Source: Octopus sinensis (lineage: Eukaryota). From it: 64,000 nt of DNA. A model generated the notes under the pieces. That model was not told the origin of the DNA and searched no databases. It saw only the letters and a list, made by a program, of their open reading frames with translations. The stretch is taken from NCBI RefSeq assembly GCF_006345805.1, contig NC_043017.1, positions 14,198,001 through 14,262,000 of the forward strand, written 5' to 3'. Made by a program: the position numbers and the translations under genes. Shown in pieces: positions 52,388-64,000 of this stretch. Numbering within the stretch: the stretch's first letter is position 1; every line of letters starts with the position of its first letter.

Positions 52388-52902
52388 TGTAAAGTATAGA
52401 AGCCATCTTATCATGGCTAACCACATAGGTGAGGGGGTGTTACTGTAGCTTTATAGCCCCAAGAGATCGTCGTCTCTAGCTGGCTTTAGACACCATATCA
52501 GTGCCCTTGAAGTATTTGCAAAGGGAGGCCATCCCTTCTTCGCAAGCCTGAGTGATACGCTCGGACTAGTTTCGGGATATTTGTCCCTTGTCAACGGGCG
52601 GTAACCACCAGGATGCGACGAAAGTGAAGGCTTACTTGCAAATATATAAGAGTTTTTCTAGTGGCATTTGTCTCTGATTTCGTAAAACTGACAGTAAGCA
52701 TAATTAAATCTCAGAATGAGATTGCAAATACTTCAAGGGCACTGATATGGTGTCTAAAGCCAGCTAGAGACGACGATCTCTTGGGGCGATAAAGCTACAG
52801 TAACACCCCCTCCCCTATGTGGTTAGCCATGATAAGATGGCTTCTATACTTTACATTATCGAGCGATTACTGTTTCAATCTCATTCTGAGATTTAATTAT
52901 GC
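52388..52902. mobile_element. Nested fold-back element (A-spacer-B-A'-B') in (TA)n
   Basis: 52388-52521 versus 52722-52855 (134 bp, about 2 mismatches) and 52698-52724 versus 52876-52902 (27 bp) are inverted pairs. Hammerhead-like motif in the spacer on the minus strand, 52558-52600. Confidence 0.85.
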
Positions 52903-52930
52903 CTATAAATATATATATAAATATATATAA

Positions 52931-52994
<64 letters not shown>

Positions 52995-53308
52995 AATGTA
53001 TATAAATATATAAATATATAATATATATATATAATATATAAATATATATATATAAATATATAAATATATATATATAAATATTAAATATATATATAAATAT
53101 ATATATATATAAATATATAAATATATATATATATAATATATGAATATATATATATAAATATATAATATAAATATAAATATATATATATATAAATGTATAA
53201 ATATAAATATATAAATATAAATATATAAATATATATATAAATATATATAATATATATATATATGAATAAATAAATGGAGTTTAACGCAGGTGTAAATCAA
53301 ATATTTTT

Positions 53309-53394
53309 ACTTTCGACACATGTTTCAAAAATTCCACTGATACTATTCAAAAGAATAAATGGTATAAACAATGCAATCTTCTCCTCAGGAAAGT
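53309..53394 (-). ncRNA. Minimal type I hammerhead ribozyme motif
   Basis: Minus strand: ACTTTC-CTGAGGA-GAAGATT[41 nt]AATTTTT-GAAAC-ATGT-GTC-GAAAGT. Stem I ACTTTC/GAAAGT is perfect, the core is intact, and the GUC site is at 53315. The inverted copy at 54170-54255 (+) has G10.1-C11.1 but a stem I mismatch. Confidence 0.75.
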
Positions 53395-53494
53395 GAAAAA
53401 AGCGAAACTTGTCAAATAAGACATTTTAGCAAAAAATGATGGATTTGTATAGCGATTGACAGAACGCTATTAATATTGTTTAAAAAAACGTCAT

Positions 53495-53968
53495 ATGATA
53501 TATAATACCATCCAACCCTCTAGAAATATTAATAACAAGGTTATTGTATCTGAAGTCAATTCCAATAGAATTAAGTTTATGTCAAGTAACTCTAAGATTA
53601 AAAATTCTATATACCAGTGTATAATCAGTACTCGTAATAAAGTACGATTTTACATTGGAAGCACATCGTTAGAGTTATCTAAAAGAATTTCTATCCATTA
53701 CTCAACATTTAGGGATAGAAATAAAAGCAATAGTACCGGTCTCATCAAACTGATTTGGGATTTAAAAGACCACAATGAACAATTTCATTTAGAATGGTTG
53801 ATTCTCTCAATTTCGATACCTTATGACAAAGGCAAGGAATTCTGTCTTCTCTGCAATTCTGAGCTATTTTTCATTATTTTTTCTAAAAATACTCTAGTAA
53901 ACACGGTTATAGAGCGAGCATACAGATGTAAGCATAGGCAAAAACACACATTTAGTGCATATAGGTAG
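53495..53968 (+). CDS. GIY-YIG endonuclease ORF (157 aa), PLE type
   Basis: SIYQC...FYIGST...KRISIHYSTF...STGLIKLIWDLKD...W.IL...PY...CLLCNSE...LVN...RCKH, uninterrupted from ATG to TAG. Expression is unknown. Confidence 0.75.
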   Translation: MIYNTIQPSRNINNKVIVSEVNSNRIKFMSSNSKIKNSIYQCIISTRNKVRFYIGSTSLELSKRISIHYSTFRDRNKSNSTGLIKLIWDLKDHNEQFHLEWLILSISIPYDKGKEFCLLCNSELFFIIFSKNTLVNTVIERAYRCKHRQKHTFSAYR

Positions 53969-54303
53969 TCTCTATCATTATATATAGTTTAAACTTTAAT
54001 TTCCTTTATATTTAACATTCACTATTAATATCCCTACTCTTTCTGTTAGCTACTTATGACGTTATATCATATAACGTTTTTTTAAACAATATTAATAGCG
54101 TTCTGTCAATCGCTATACAAATCCATCATCTTTTGCTAAAATGTCTTATTGACGAGTTTCGTTTTTTTCACTTTCCTGAGGAGAAGATTGCATTGTTTAT
54201 ACCATTTATTCTTTTGAATAGTATCAGTGGAATTTTCGAAATATGTGTCAAAAGTAAAAATATTTGATTTACACCTGCGTTAAACTCCATTTATTTATTC
54301 ATA

Positions 54304-54336
54304 TATTATTCAATATATATATATATATAATATATA

Positions 54337-54380
<44 letters not shown>

Positions 54381-54688
54381 TATAAACATATAAATATATA
54401 AACATATAAATATATAAATATATAACATATAAATATAAATAATAAATATAATAAATAATATATATATATATAATAATAAATATATAAATATATATAATAT
54501 ATATATAAATATATATATAAATATATATAAATATATAAATATTATATAAAATATATATAAATATATAAATATATATATAATATATATAAATATATATAAA
54601 TATATATAAATATATAAATATATATATAAATATATATAAATATACAAATATATATATAAATATATATAATATATATAAATATATATAA

Positions 54689-54719
<31 letters not shown>

Positions 54720-55344
54720 AATATATATAAATATATATATAATATATATATAAATATATAAATATATATAAATATAATAACTATATAAAATATATATAAA
54801 TATATAAATATATATAAATATATAAATATATATATAAATATATAAATATATATAAATATATATATAATATAAATATATAAATATATAATATATATATAAA
54901 TATATAAATAATATAATATATATATAAATATATAAATATATATATATATATATAAATATATAAATATATATATATATAAATAATATATATAAATATATAT
55001 ATATAAATATATATATAAATATATATATATATATAAATATATATATAAATATATATATATATAAATATATATATAAATATATAAATATATATATATAAAT
55101 ATATATATAAATATATATATAAATATATAATATATATATATAAATTATATATATATAAAATATATATCAATATATATATATATATATATAAATATATATA
55201 ATATATAAATATAATATAATATAAATATATATATATATTAATATATATATAAATATATATAAATATTATATAAAATATAATATATATATATATATATAAA
55301 TATATATATATAATAAATATATAAATATATATATATATATAAAT

Positions 55345-55383
<39 letters not shown>

Positions 55384-55523
55384 AATAATAAATATATAAT
55401 ATATATATATAAATATATATATATATAAATATATATATATAAATATATATATATATAAATATATATATATAAATATATATATAGATATATAATATATAAT
55501 ATATAAATATAATATATATAAAT

Positions 55524-55558
<35 letters not shown>

Positions 55559-55567
55559 ATATATATA

Positions 55568-55626
<59 letters not shown>

Positions 55627-55645
55627 TATATAAATATATATAAAC
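54304..55645. repeat. ~1.3-kb (TA)n/(TATAAA)-type compound microsatellite; similar arrays at 52905-53260, 56940-57100, 57570-58010
   Basis: Read directly. It is the source of the IY-repeat ORFs. Confidence 0.95.
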
Positions 55646-55790
55646 ATTGTAACAAAGATTTTGCCTCTTTACTACAAAGGGATATCAAGGTAAGATTGTC
55701 AGCAAATTCAAGATCAGTTAAATATTGTGCACAATGCCGACTGCTCTGGCGGGGTTTCATTGAAAAGGAGTTCCTTTCCCTCCGTAGCAT
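55646..55790 (-). mobile_element. Non-LTR reverse transcriptase fragment
   Basis: PRQSSRHCAQYLTDLEFADNLTLIS...EAKSLLQ, a degenerate DL.FADD motif. Confidence 0.65.
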
Positions 55791-55839
55791 CTAGGGAAAT
55801 GCATAGAACATAGCCGAGAACAATGGTGAGTGAGAAAGG

Positions 55840-56090
55840 AACATGTGTGGGACGGGGTTGAAAACCACTCTGCCTGCAACACCAAGGTCAATATAAAAAA
55901 ACGGATTTGAAGATGTTTCCAGGGATACAGTGAGGGAGACATGGAGCAGGCTCCAGAGCTGTCTTGAGGCCATGGTGGAAGATGAGGATGGTTACTTTGA
56001 GTAAACTTATCTCCCAGCCATAATCTAGTGGAAAATTTTCAATTTTTAAACTTCTTTTATTTTTCGTTGGGATATTGCGTCTTTTTTCCC
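55840..56090 (+). mobile_element. Tc1/mariner 3' remnant
   Basis: RDTVRETWSRLQSCLEAMVEDEDGYFE* followed by ctcccagccataatctagt, shared with 24450-24490. Confidence 0.7.
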
Positions 56091-56971
56091 CTTTTATGCA
56101 AACTGCCAAATTTAGCCTAAACACCTTGTGTGGTAGATGTTAGGAAAGGCATCCAGCTGTAAAAACCCATGCCAAAACAGACACAGAAGTCTGGTGCAGT
56201 ATTCTATCTGGCCAGCTCTTGTCAAACTGTCCATCACATGCTAGCATGGAAGCTGGACATTATATGATGATAATGATGATATATATATACATAAATTTAA
56301 TTAGAGGATATGTTAACTTCGTGATGAGATGATTGCATCCAAGGAAATACTGGTTCAATACCTAGTACTGTTGGGGAATGAAATTCCCTGAAAACAACAG
56401 GTATATATTAAGCATATAGTTTATATCCAGTTAAAAGAAGATGGAGATAAAGAAGTTAGCAATTATCATTAGCAAATTGGTCATCTTTGCTTCTTACACA
56501 TGTTTCAATTAATATTCAATAATTTAATTACAAATTTGTACATTAAATTTGCATTTATGTGACATGAGCATAATTTCATCAGGGGGAAAAAATAGATGTC
56601 CCTTGAGATGTTTATATTTGGACCTATCTATTCATTTCAGCAGTATGCTTCAGATTGCCTTTGAGTTAGTCTTTAAAGTGCAAGACTGGCAATCCAAATG
56701 ACCTTCCACAGGCACACTCACACAGTAAAATATATATAATGAGATAAAAGAAAAAAATAATTAGTCTCACATATCCAATGCATGGAGGAATAAAAGCATT
56801 AATCACTGTGAGGTACTGAGCTTCCCAACTGGCATAACAGATGTCTGCTGTACAAACCTCCTGCACTGAGCTCTCTCTTTCTTAGAGGTGGTAATACTAA
56901 GTAGAATCTACCAAATTACTTATTATATGTGTATGTTATAATTACGTATATATATATATATATGTATATAT

Positions 56972-57076
<105 letters not shown>

Positions 57077-57621
57077 TCTATACATATATCTATATATCTA
57101 TGTGCATGATTTAATAATGAGGGTGATAAATTGAATTCTAATTTAATTAACATCTATTCAAAACCAGTAGCCTAGCATATAGAAAAATCTGAAAATTCAG
57201 AAAAATTGTAATCCCTTATTATATGCATGTATCTATGTGTATGTATAGAATTTATATATGTTATAAATATGTGTGTATATATAGTTTCAAAACAATTTGA
57301 GAAATGAATGGCTACATTTCCATGCAGGATTTGAGAGGAAAACAGCTTTTGAGAATTTAGCAAAATTACAAGAGTGAAAAATTCCATAAAACCTTGCAGA
57401 AAGATTAAAATTGAAAAAAGAAGAAAGGACTAAGCATGCATGTGGTAATAATTTTTCTAATTTTTCTAATTGAAAATATTGAAAATGCAAATCAACTGTG
57501 TTTTGTCATTTTTACTAAATAGAAGCTTTGAAAGACAGCAGACATATTTAGCTGCTCTTGGCATACATGTGTATGTATGAATGTATGTATATATATATAG
57601 TCACACTGTGTCACATGCTTG

Positions 57622-57670
<49 letters not shown>

Positions 57671-58533
57671 TATGTATGTATATATATATATATGTATATG
57701 GCATTGTCATTATGATTGAAACACAATGTTGTAGATATACATATATATATATGCATGTGTTTATATAAAACTATGTATTTATATATATAATTATATATGT
57801 TTACATATATAGACACATATACACAAGCGTATATTTTTATATATATATATATACACACACATTTATATATGATAATATATATACACATACACACACGTAT
57901 ATATATAAGTATATATGCACTTTATATATATATATATACACACACACATGCATATATATATCTGTATGCATATATACGTATACATGCACACACACACACA
58001 GTTATATGTATATATTCTTTTAAGATAAGAAGTTAGTAGCTGAAGTGCAAGACAGTTGAAAGAAAATCTGAAGAGAAAAAGATCAGATAGTTACCTCCTC
58101 AGAGTCTGAATATTGCAGCTTCAAAACAGAGGGGAAGCAACATGTTATTGGGGGTTGAAGCCATGAAGAACTTTAACGAATAGCAATAGTTTCATCAAAA
58201 AAGTATATAAATAGATCCTAGATAACAATAAAACAGTTTGTTCACATGGTGACTAAAATTGAATGTATATATATAAGTTCATGTGTTACTACTTGTAAAA
58301 GAAAGGGAAAAACAGTTCCTGATATATAAGATATAATGCTTTAAGCTAAATTCCTTTCCTTAAGACCTGAATTTCACATTATTCTGATCATCAGGTTACT
58401 TCAAGATCATCATCGTGTGAACCTCAAGTCTTGAGAAAGTGCGTATATATATATATTTGTATACACAAACATATGTGTACACACACATTATTATTTATAT
58501 ATTATATACATGTATATCTATAAAAGTATATAT

Positions 58534-58610
<77 letters not shown>

Positions 58611-58649
58611 ATAAGTGTAGGTGGTATACGAGTGGGTATATATTTTAAA

Positions 58650-58947
58650 AAAAGAAGTTTGAAAACGCCACTATATAAGATAAATTTTAATTTTCTTAGA
58701 AATTTTACATGTTTTGGTTCTTCTTGAAAAAACGAACCTTATCAAAAACATTTTTAAAAGTTAAGTGTAACAAAAAGGTTCATAGGCGCAGGAGTGGCTG
58801 TGTGGTAAGTAGCTTGCTTACCAACCACATGGTTCCGGGTTCAGTCCCACTGCATGGCATCTTGGGCAAGTATCTTCTGCTATAGCCCCGGACCGACCAA
58901 TGCCTTGTGAGTGGATTTGGTAGATGGAAACTGAAAGAAGCCTGTCG

Positions 58948-58978
<31 letters not shown>

Positions 58979-59401
58979 CTGTTTGTGTGTCTGTGTTTGT
59001 CCCCCTAGCATTGCTTGACAACCGATGCTGGTGTGTTTACGTCCCCGTCACTTAGCGGTTCGGCAAAAGAGACTGATAGAATAAGTAATGGGGTTACAAA
59101 GAATAAGTCCCGGGGTCGATTTGCTCGACTAAAGGTGGTGCTCCAGCATGGCCGCAGTCAAATGACTGAAACAAGTAAAAGAGTAAAAGAGTAAAGAGAG
59201 TAATTGTTTCTTACTAGTCTCAACAGAGTCGACGTGGTGGTTTTTTGAGACGAGTAAGAAAGAATTATGAACTTTTTTGTTACACTTAACTTTAAAAAAT
59301 TTTTTTGATATGGTTTGTTTTATTCAAGAATAACCGAAATACGTAAAATTTCTAAGAAAATTAAAATTTATCTTATATAGTGGTGTTTTCAAGCTTCTTT
59401 T
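58650..59401. mobile_element. Fold-back element (~335 bp, self-complementary almost to its centre) split by a SINE
   Basis: 58650-58784 pairs with ~59266-59401. The central 59203-59265 is itself a hairpin (aattgtttcttactagtctcaa / ttgagacgagtaagaaagaatt). Confidence 0.85.
58785..59200 (+). mobile_element. Full-length SINE family B with (GAGTAAAA)n tail
   Basis: ggcgcaggagtggctgtgtggtaag (A-box-like)...ggttcagtccc (B-box-like), internal (TA)(TG)n, tail gagtaaaagagtaaagagag. TA lies on both sides. Confidence 0.9.
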
Positions 59402-59959
59402 ATATATATATGTATGTATGTACGTATATAAATATGTGTGTGTGTGTGTGTTATACATAGAGAGAAACATAAAGATGGCGAGAGAGAGTGTGAGCAATAA
59501 AAAAGAACAATGAAAGATTGTGAAACGAAGCAATATTGCATCAGTTGGATTAGTTTCAATTTAGGAAATGAAAGCTATTTTGCAGTGGATATGTTTTGAA
59601 TATTTGCATTGAAAATTTTGAAATTCTTAAAAAGAGAAATATTCTGCAAAATGTCCAATTAAGTATTAATTGTAACTGGTTTATTTAAATTTAGAAATAA
59701 TTACTAATAAACATTGAAAAGGAATAATCATTAATTAATTACCAATTAACTCAGCAGAAACAGCTGAAATAGTTCTTATTAGATTAGCTGTGTATTCCAT
59801 GTGAAAATTTCTAGTTGAAATCTTTAACTTAATGTATCAAGTGTCAAATATATATCTTTCATTGTGAAAATTTGATTTCTTTTAAAGAACGTCTTTTACA
59901 ATGGAATATATATTTTTAAAAGCAGAAATTATTGATAAATTTATAGCTCATTGTCCTAC

Positions 59960-60152
59960 AAGCACATATTATATATATATATATAATACACATGCATATG
60001 CATATATATATATACATATACACATACATATATACACACACATATATATATATATACAGATATATATACATATATATATACAGATATATACACACAACAT
60101 ATATATATATATATATATATAATATATATATACACAGATATACACACACACA

Positions 60153-60183
<31 letters not shown>

Positions 60184-60401
60184 ATATATATTATATACAC
60201 AGATATATATACACACACACAACATATATATATAATATATATATATATATATAAAATATTATTAGAGACAATATATTATTTATATATATATATATCAGAT
60301 ATATACACACACACAACATATATATATATACACACATATATACATATATACATACATATATACATACACATATATATATATATACATATATATATGTATA
60401 C

Positions 60402-60432
<31 letters not shown>

Positions 60433-60790
60433 TATATACATACACATATATATATATATACATATATACATATATATATATATACATATATACATACATA
60501 TATATATATATACATATATACATACAATATATATATATATATATACATATATATATACATATATACATACATATATACATATATACATATATACAATATA
60601 TATATATATATACATATATACATACATATATATATATATACATATATACATACATATATATATATATATATACATACATACACACATATATATATACATA
60701 CACATACACACACACACACACATATATATAAGGTACATATACAGTGATAGATAGATAGAGAGAGAGAGAGAGAAAGAGAGAGTTATATAT
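59960..60790. repeat. Compound (TA)/(CA)/(TACA)n microsatellite ending in (GATA)(GA)n
   Basis: Read directly. Confidence 0.95.
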
Positions 60791-61268
60791 ATATATTTAA
60801 AGAAAGAAAAAGTCTCTTAAAGACATATTTTGAAAATAATTCAAAGTGATACTCCAGCAGGGCCTGAGTCATGATGGCTAAAACAAACTAAAGAATAAAC
60901 AAAAAAATATAAACAGCATGGTAATATATACATCAAAATTTGGTGTAGAATTAATTATAACAATTGTTTGTAATTTACAAGCAATCAAGTTTTAAAATCA
61001 AAAGCTGACTTACCAGATAATTTGTGTATGTGTGTGTACGTATATAAATGTATAATTGCATATATATGAACCCATTCATACATAGAAACTTAAATGTAAG
61101 TGAATAGTTGAAGAGAGGAGGTGGGGAGGGGAAGTGAACAAAAAACAAAAACAAAGAAAAAACAAAAGTTTACAGTGAAGTTGGATGTAATTGGGGAAAA
61201 TTTTACTTGAGAGGATTTGGAGCTAAAACTTGAAGCAAGAGTCTTAAAGAATGTTACACTGGTCTATC

Positions 61269-61487
61269 ACATGATATAGAGACACTCCACATGTTATATA
61301 GACACTTTACATTATATACAGATACATTACATGATATATAAGCATACCACATGGTATATAGACACATTACATGGTACACAGACACTCTGCATGGTATATA
61401 GACACTTGACGTGGTATATAGATACTCCACATAATAGAGAGACACACCAAATGGTATATAGGCACACATGATATTCAGATATACCAC
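61269..61487. repeat. 20-bp minisatellite, about 11 diverged units
   Basis: Consensus close to ACATGGTATATAGACACTCC (acatgatatagagacactcc, acatgttatatagacacttt, acatggtatatagacacatt...). Confidence 0.85.
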
Positions 61488-64000
61488 AGGATTTACAAAA
61501 CTATAAGAGATAATATATGAAACACAAACTCAAAGAATGTGATAAATGCCTACCACATGAGATATGAATATATCATACGCCAAATAGATATGGCTCACAT
61601 ATAATATGAATCATAACTACACCATGTAAAACAAATATATTTATCACATAAGACATATTTATCACACAAAACCTATATTCATCACATAAAATATATTTAT
61701 CACTGAGAAAATATCACAGCCCGGGAAGTGGAAATGATTTTGAGGGAAAAACAAAAATGACAAAAATCTCAGAATTTTAGTCATCTAACTTTGTAATCAT
61801 GCTATAAAATAGTGAAAGTGTTAGTCTCTAATAAATCTATTCTCAACTGGGATGCTTTATAGGAAAATTACATCAAATTCCATGAGTGATATAGGAGCAG
61901 AGCTTATGTTTGGTTTCTGTCACTTGAATCATTTGAGAGGTAAATCTCCTCCTGGATACATTAGTCTAACCCTGACCTGGTGAACTTACATCCTTTTGGA
62001 AGAAGTCTGGGTTTTACATGAGAAAATACATTTCAGCTGATTCTATAATATTAATTGCAATGTTGTTAAATTGTCTGCTAAATGTCCATAAAAATTAGCC
62101 ACTGAAGACTTCCTTTATATGGCTAACAAGAGATGGACATCTAGAAGACCACCTGAACACATAGATGGCTAGGTTGCTCTATATACAAATGTTGTCCCAG
62201 AGAAAAATGTTTTCACCAAAATTATTAAAAGGTCAGTTTATGTTTGCTTTTTTTACTTATTATAATAAATGAGAAATTTATAATTACATTTTCACAATAA
62301 ATGTAATTACTTTTTCTATAATTTTAAAATAGAATTTTTAAAGATTTCTTTTCTAAGACTTAACCCAAAGTGGCTTTCAAGTAAGTTCCCTATGTTTTCC
62401 TCAGTCACAATGGACTTTTCTGGCAAACCAACTAGACTCTTGTCAGTTCTATGGTAGAGTGCTTCCCACCTCACAGCAGCAAGTAAAAGTATTGAGGTGG
62501 TGACTGTGAGGAGACCTTCCTCTGATTCGTCTTTAGTAAGACGAATCAGACTCAGAAGAGCAACAAAGACTTTCAAGTGGTGCTTAGTAGCAGGTTTTTC
62601 AATGCTGATTTCAAATTCCATGTTGCTTTTCTATGCCCACCACCAACAGCAAGGTTGATGAACTAAAACACCCGGCACATACTTGGGTCAATGTAATGAA
62701 CAACAAGTGTTCTCTAAGGTTCTTCAAGCAAGAAACTGTGGCTGAAGATCCTGAAAATAACTTCTTAATGATTTAAGGGAAAATATGATCCACAGCAGTC
62801 CTCTATAGAGCAGTGACCCTACTACTACAGGTAGTATTATCTTTGAAAGACAGTTATAAAGCAATGTCTCACAATTCCTATAATTAAAGGGGTTTGTGGC
62901 ACATCCAATCTTGGGCCCAATACAAGAGTTAACTTGACCAAGCAACATTTCATTAGAATTACATGTTTTTTTCTTATTTCAGCAATATTCACAACGATAA
63001 GAAAAAGACCATTTAATAAATATGATAATTTTAATGAATTAACCAATTAATAGTCTATAAAATAATTTCATCAAACATGATAGTATTGGTTAATTTCAGT
63101 CTTAAAATCAATTCCAACCTTAATAAACCTTTCAACATCAACCTGTCCTTGTTCTTACAGTACAAAACCGTTCATTTTTAAGTGTTCATATTTTAATCAA
63201 AACTTTCCAACATAATTTTCTCCAAGAACCTTTCATCATGTTATATTCCAAACACCAGATTCATAATGGCTAAGAGATTTCGTCAAATTCTGCGAAATTC
63301 TTGATTATTTTGCAAACTAATCAAAAATCAAATGCTACGTTTCACAAGAAATATGACCTGGAAAGACTAATTTAATTTCACTTTTGAACATCATTTACTT
63401 AGATATAATTGAACTTAAGTAAATTATTAATTATAATCTGTTCAGTAACTATAACTGTCATTCATAAACTCCAGCCGACTTGTAGAGCAACCGACTCTCA
63501 TGCAGTAAACTTGTTCTCTGCTTCCGAATGAGGACGAATCCAAGAACAACAGATTTCACAGTTAACAGAAACAATAGCCAGAGCTTTCATTCAAATAACT
63601 ACCTTTGTCTAACATGTCTGTGGCTTAAAGCAGAGCTGCCCTTGATATTTTCAACAATACACAACTGTTATGTGTATATAAACCTACCAACATTGACAAA
63701 CTATACATTTATGTCACTGAATGTTATTGAATTTAATAGGAAGTAAGGTGACCAGTAGAGTTTACTTGGAATATGAAGAAACATTAAAAAAATTTCTATC
63801 ATGGTCTTAATATTTATGTATTCAACATTTGAAATATCTGTTTTTGTGTTAGAAACCTTACAAAAATAATAAAGATCAAAATCATATGTATTTATGCTTC
63901 AATGAGTGTGTTTGTGCATGTGTATGTGTGTGTGTGTATATATATATATACAAATAAAAATGAAATTATGTAAATTATAGATATACAACTAAAAGCTAAA

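Larger units (their letters stand above)
53261..54303 (+). mobile_element. Penelope-derived element: ~240-bp inverted arms around a GIY-YIG-only ORF, inserted in (TA)n
   Basis: 53261-53502 is the reverse complement of 54064-54303 with few mismatches. No RT sequence lies between the arms. Confidence 0.9.

Noticed and set aside
62316-62621. 101-aa minus-strand ORF (MEFEISIEK...)
   Set aside because: No splice-compatible boundaries or recognisable homology. The plus strand shows weak APE-endonuclease-like traces (VTVRRPSSD; LVAG/FNAD across a frameshift), so it is more likely the shadow of a decayed LINE. Unresolved without a search.
63603-63617. 15-nt ccacag|ACATGTTAGACAAAG|gtagtt microexon candidate
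   Set aside because: Poor pyrimidine tract and moderate donor, within chance expectation.

Overview
AT-rich, microsatellite-laden animal genomic DNA. The SINE, Penelope and (TA)n/(TAA)n content suggests a coleoid cephalopod such as octopus (inference from repeat style, not a database match). The window lies inside one very large minus-strand gene whose exons join in frame into the cytoplasmic C-terminal tail of a Cav2-type (cacophony/CACNA1A-B-like) voltage-gated calcium channel alpha-1 subunit. The exons are 36804-36830, 35837-35954, 28189-28290, 23033-23158 and 15562-15877, plus two Tyr-rich microexons at 4752-4766 and 3445-3462. I did not find the IQ/EF-hand exons or the terminal exon, which probably lie outside the window. 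The introns hold decayed transposons: piggyBac, several Tc1/mariner, Helitron, CRE-, R4/Dong- and RTE-type LINEs, Penelope-like elements (PLEs), MITEs and SINEs. The most striking unexplained pattern is a set of at least six unrelated fold-back (inverted-repeat) elements, mostly beside (TA)n. Five carry an outward-facing minimal type I hammerhead-ribozyme-like core in their arms and one carries it in the spacer. They range from a 3.2-kb RT+EN Penelope copy, through a 1-kb element with an uninterrupted GIY-YIG-only ORF, to a 250-bp perfect hairpin. All splice calls, folds and family assignments were made by eye. Most ORFs in the supplied track are microsatellite or transposon shadows.
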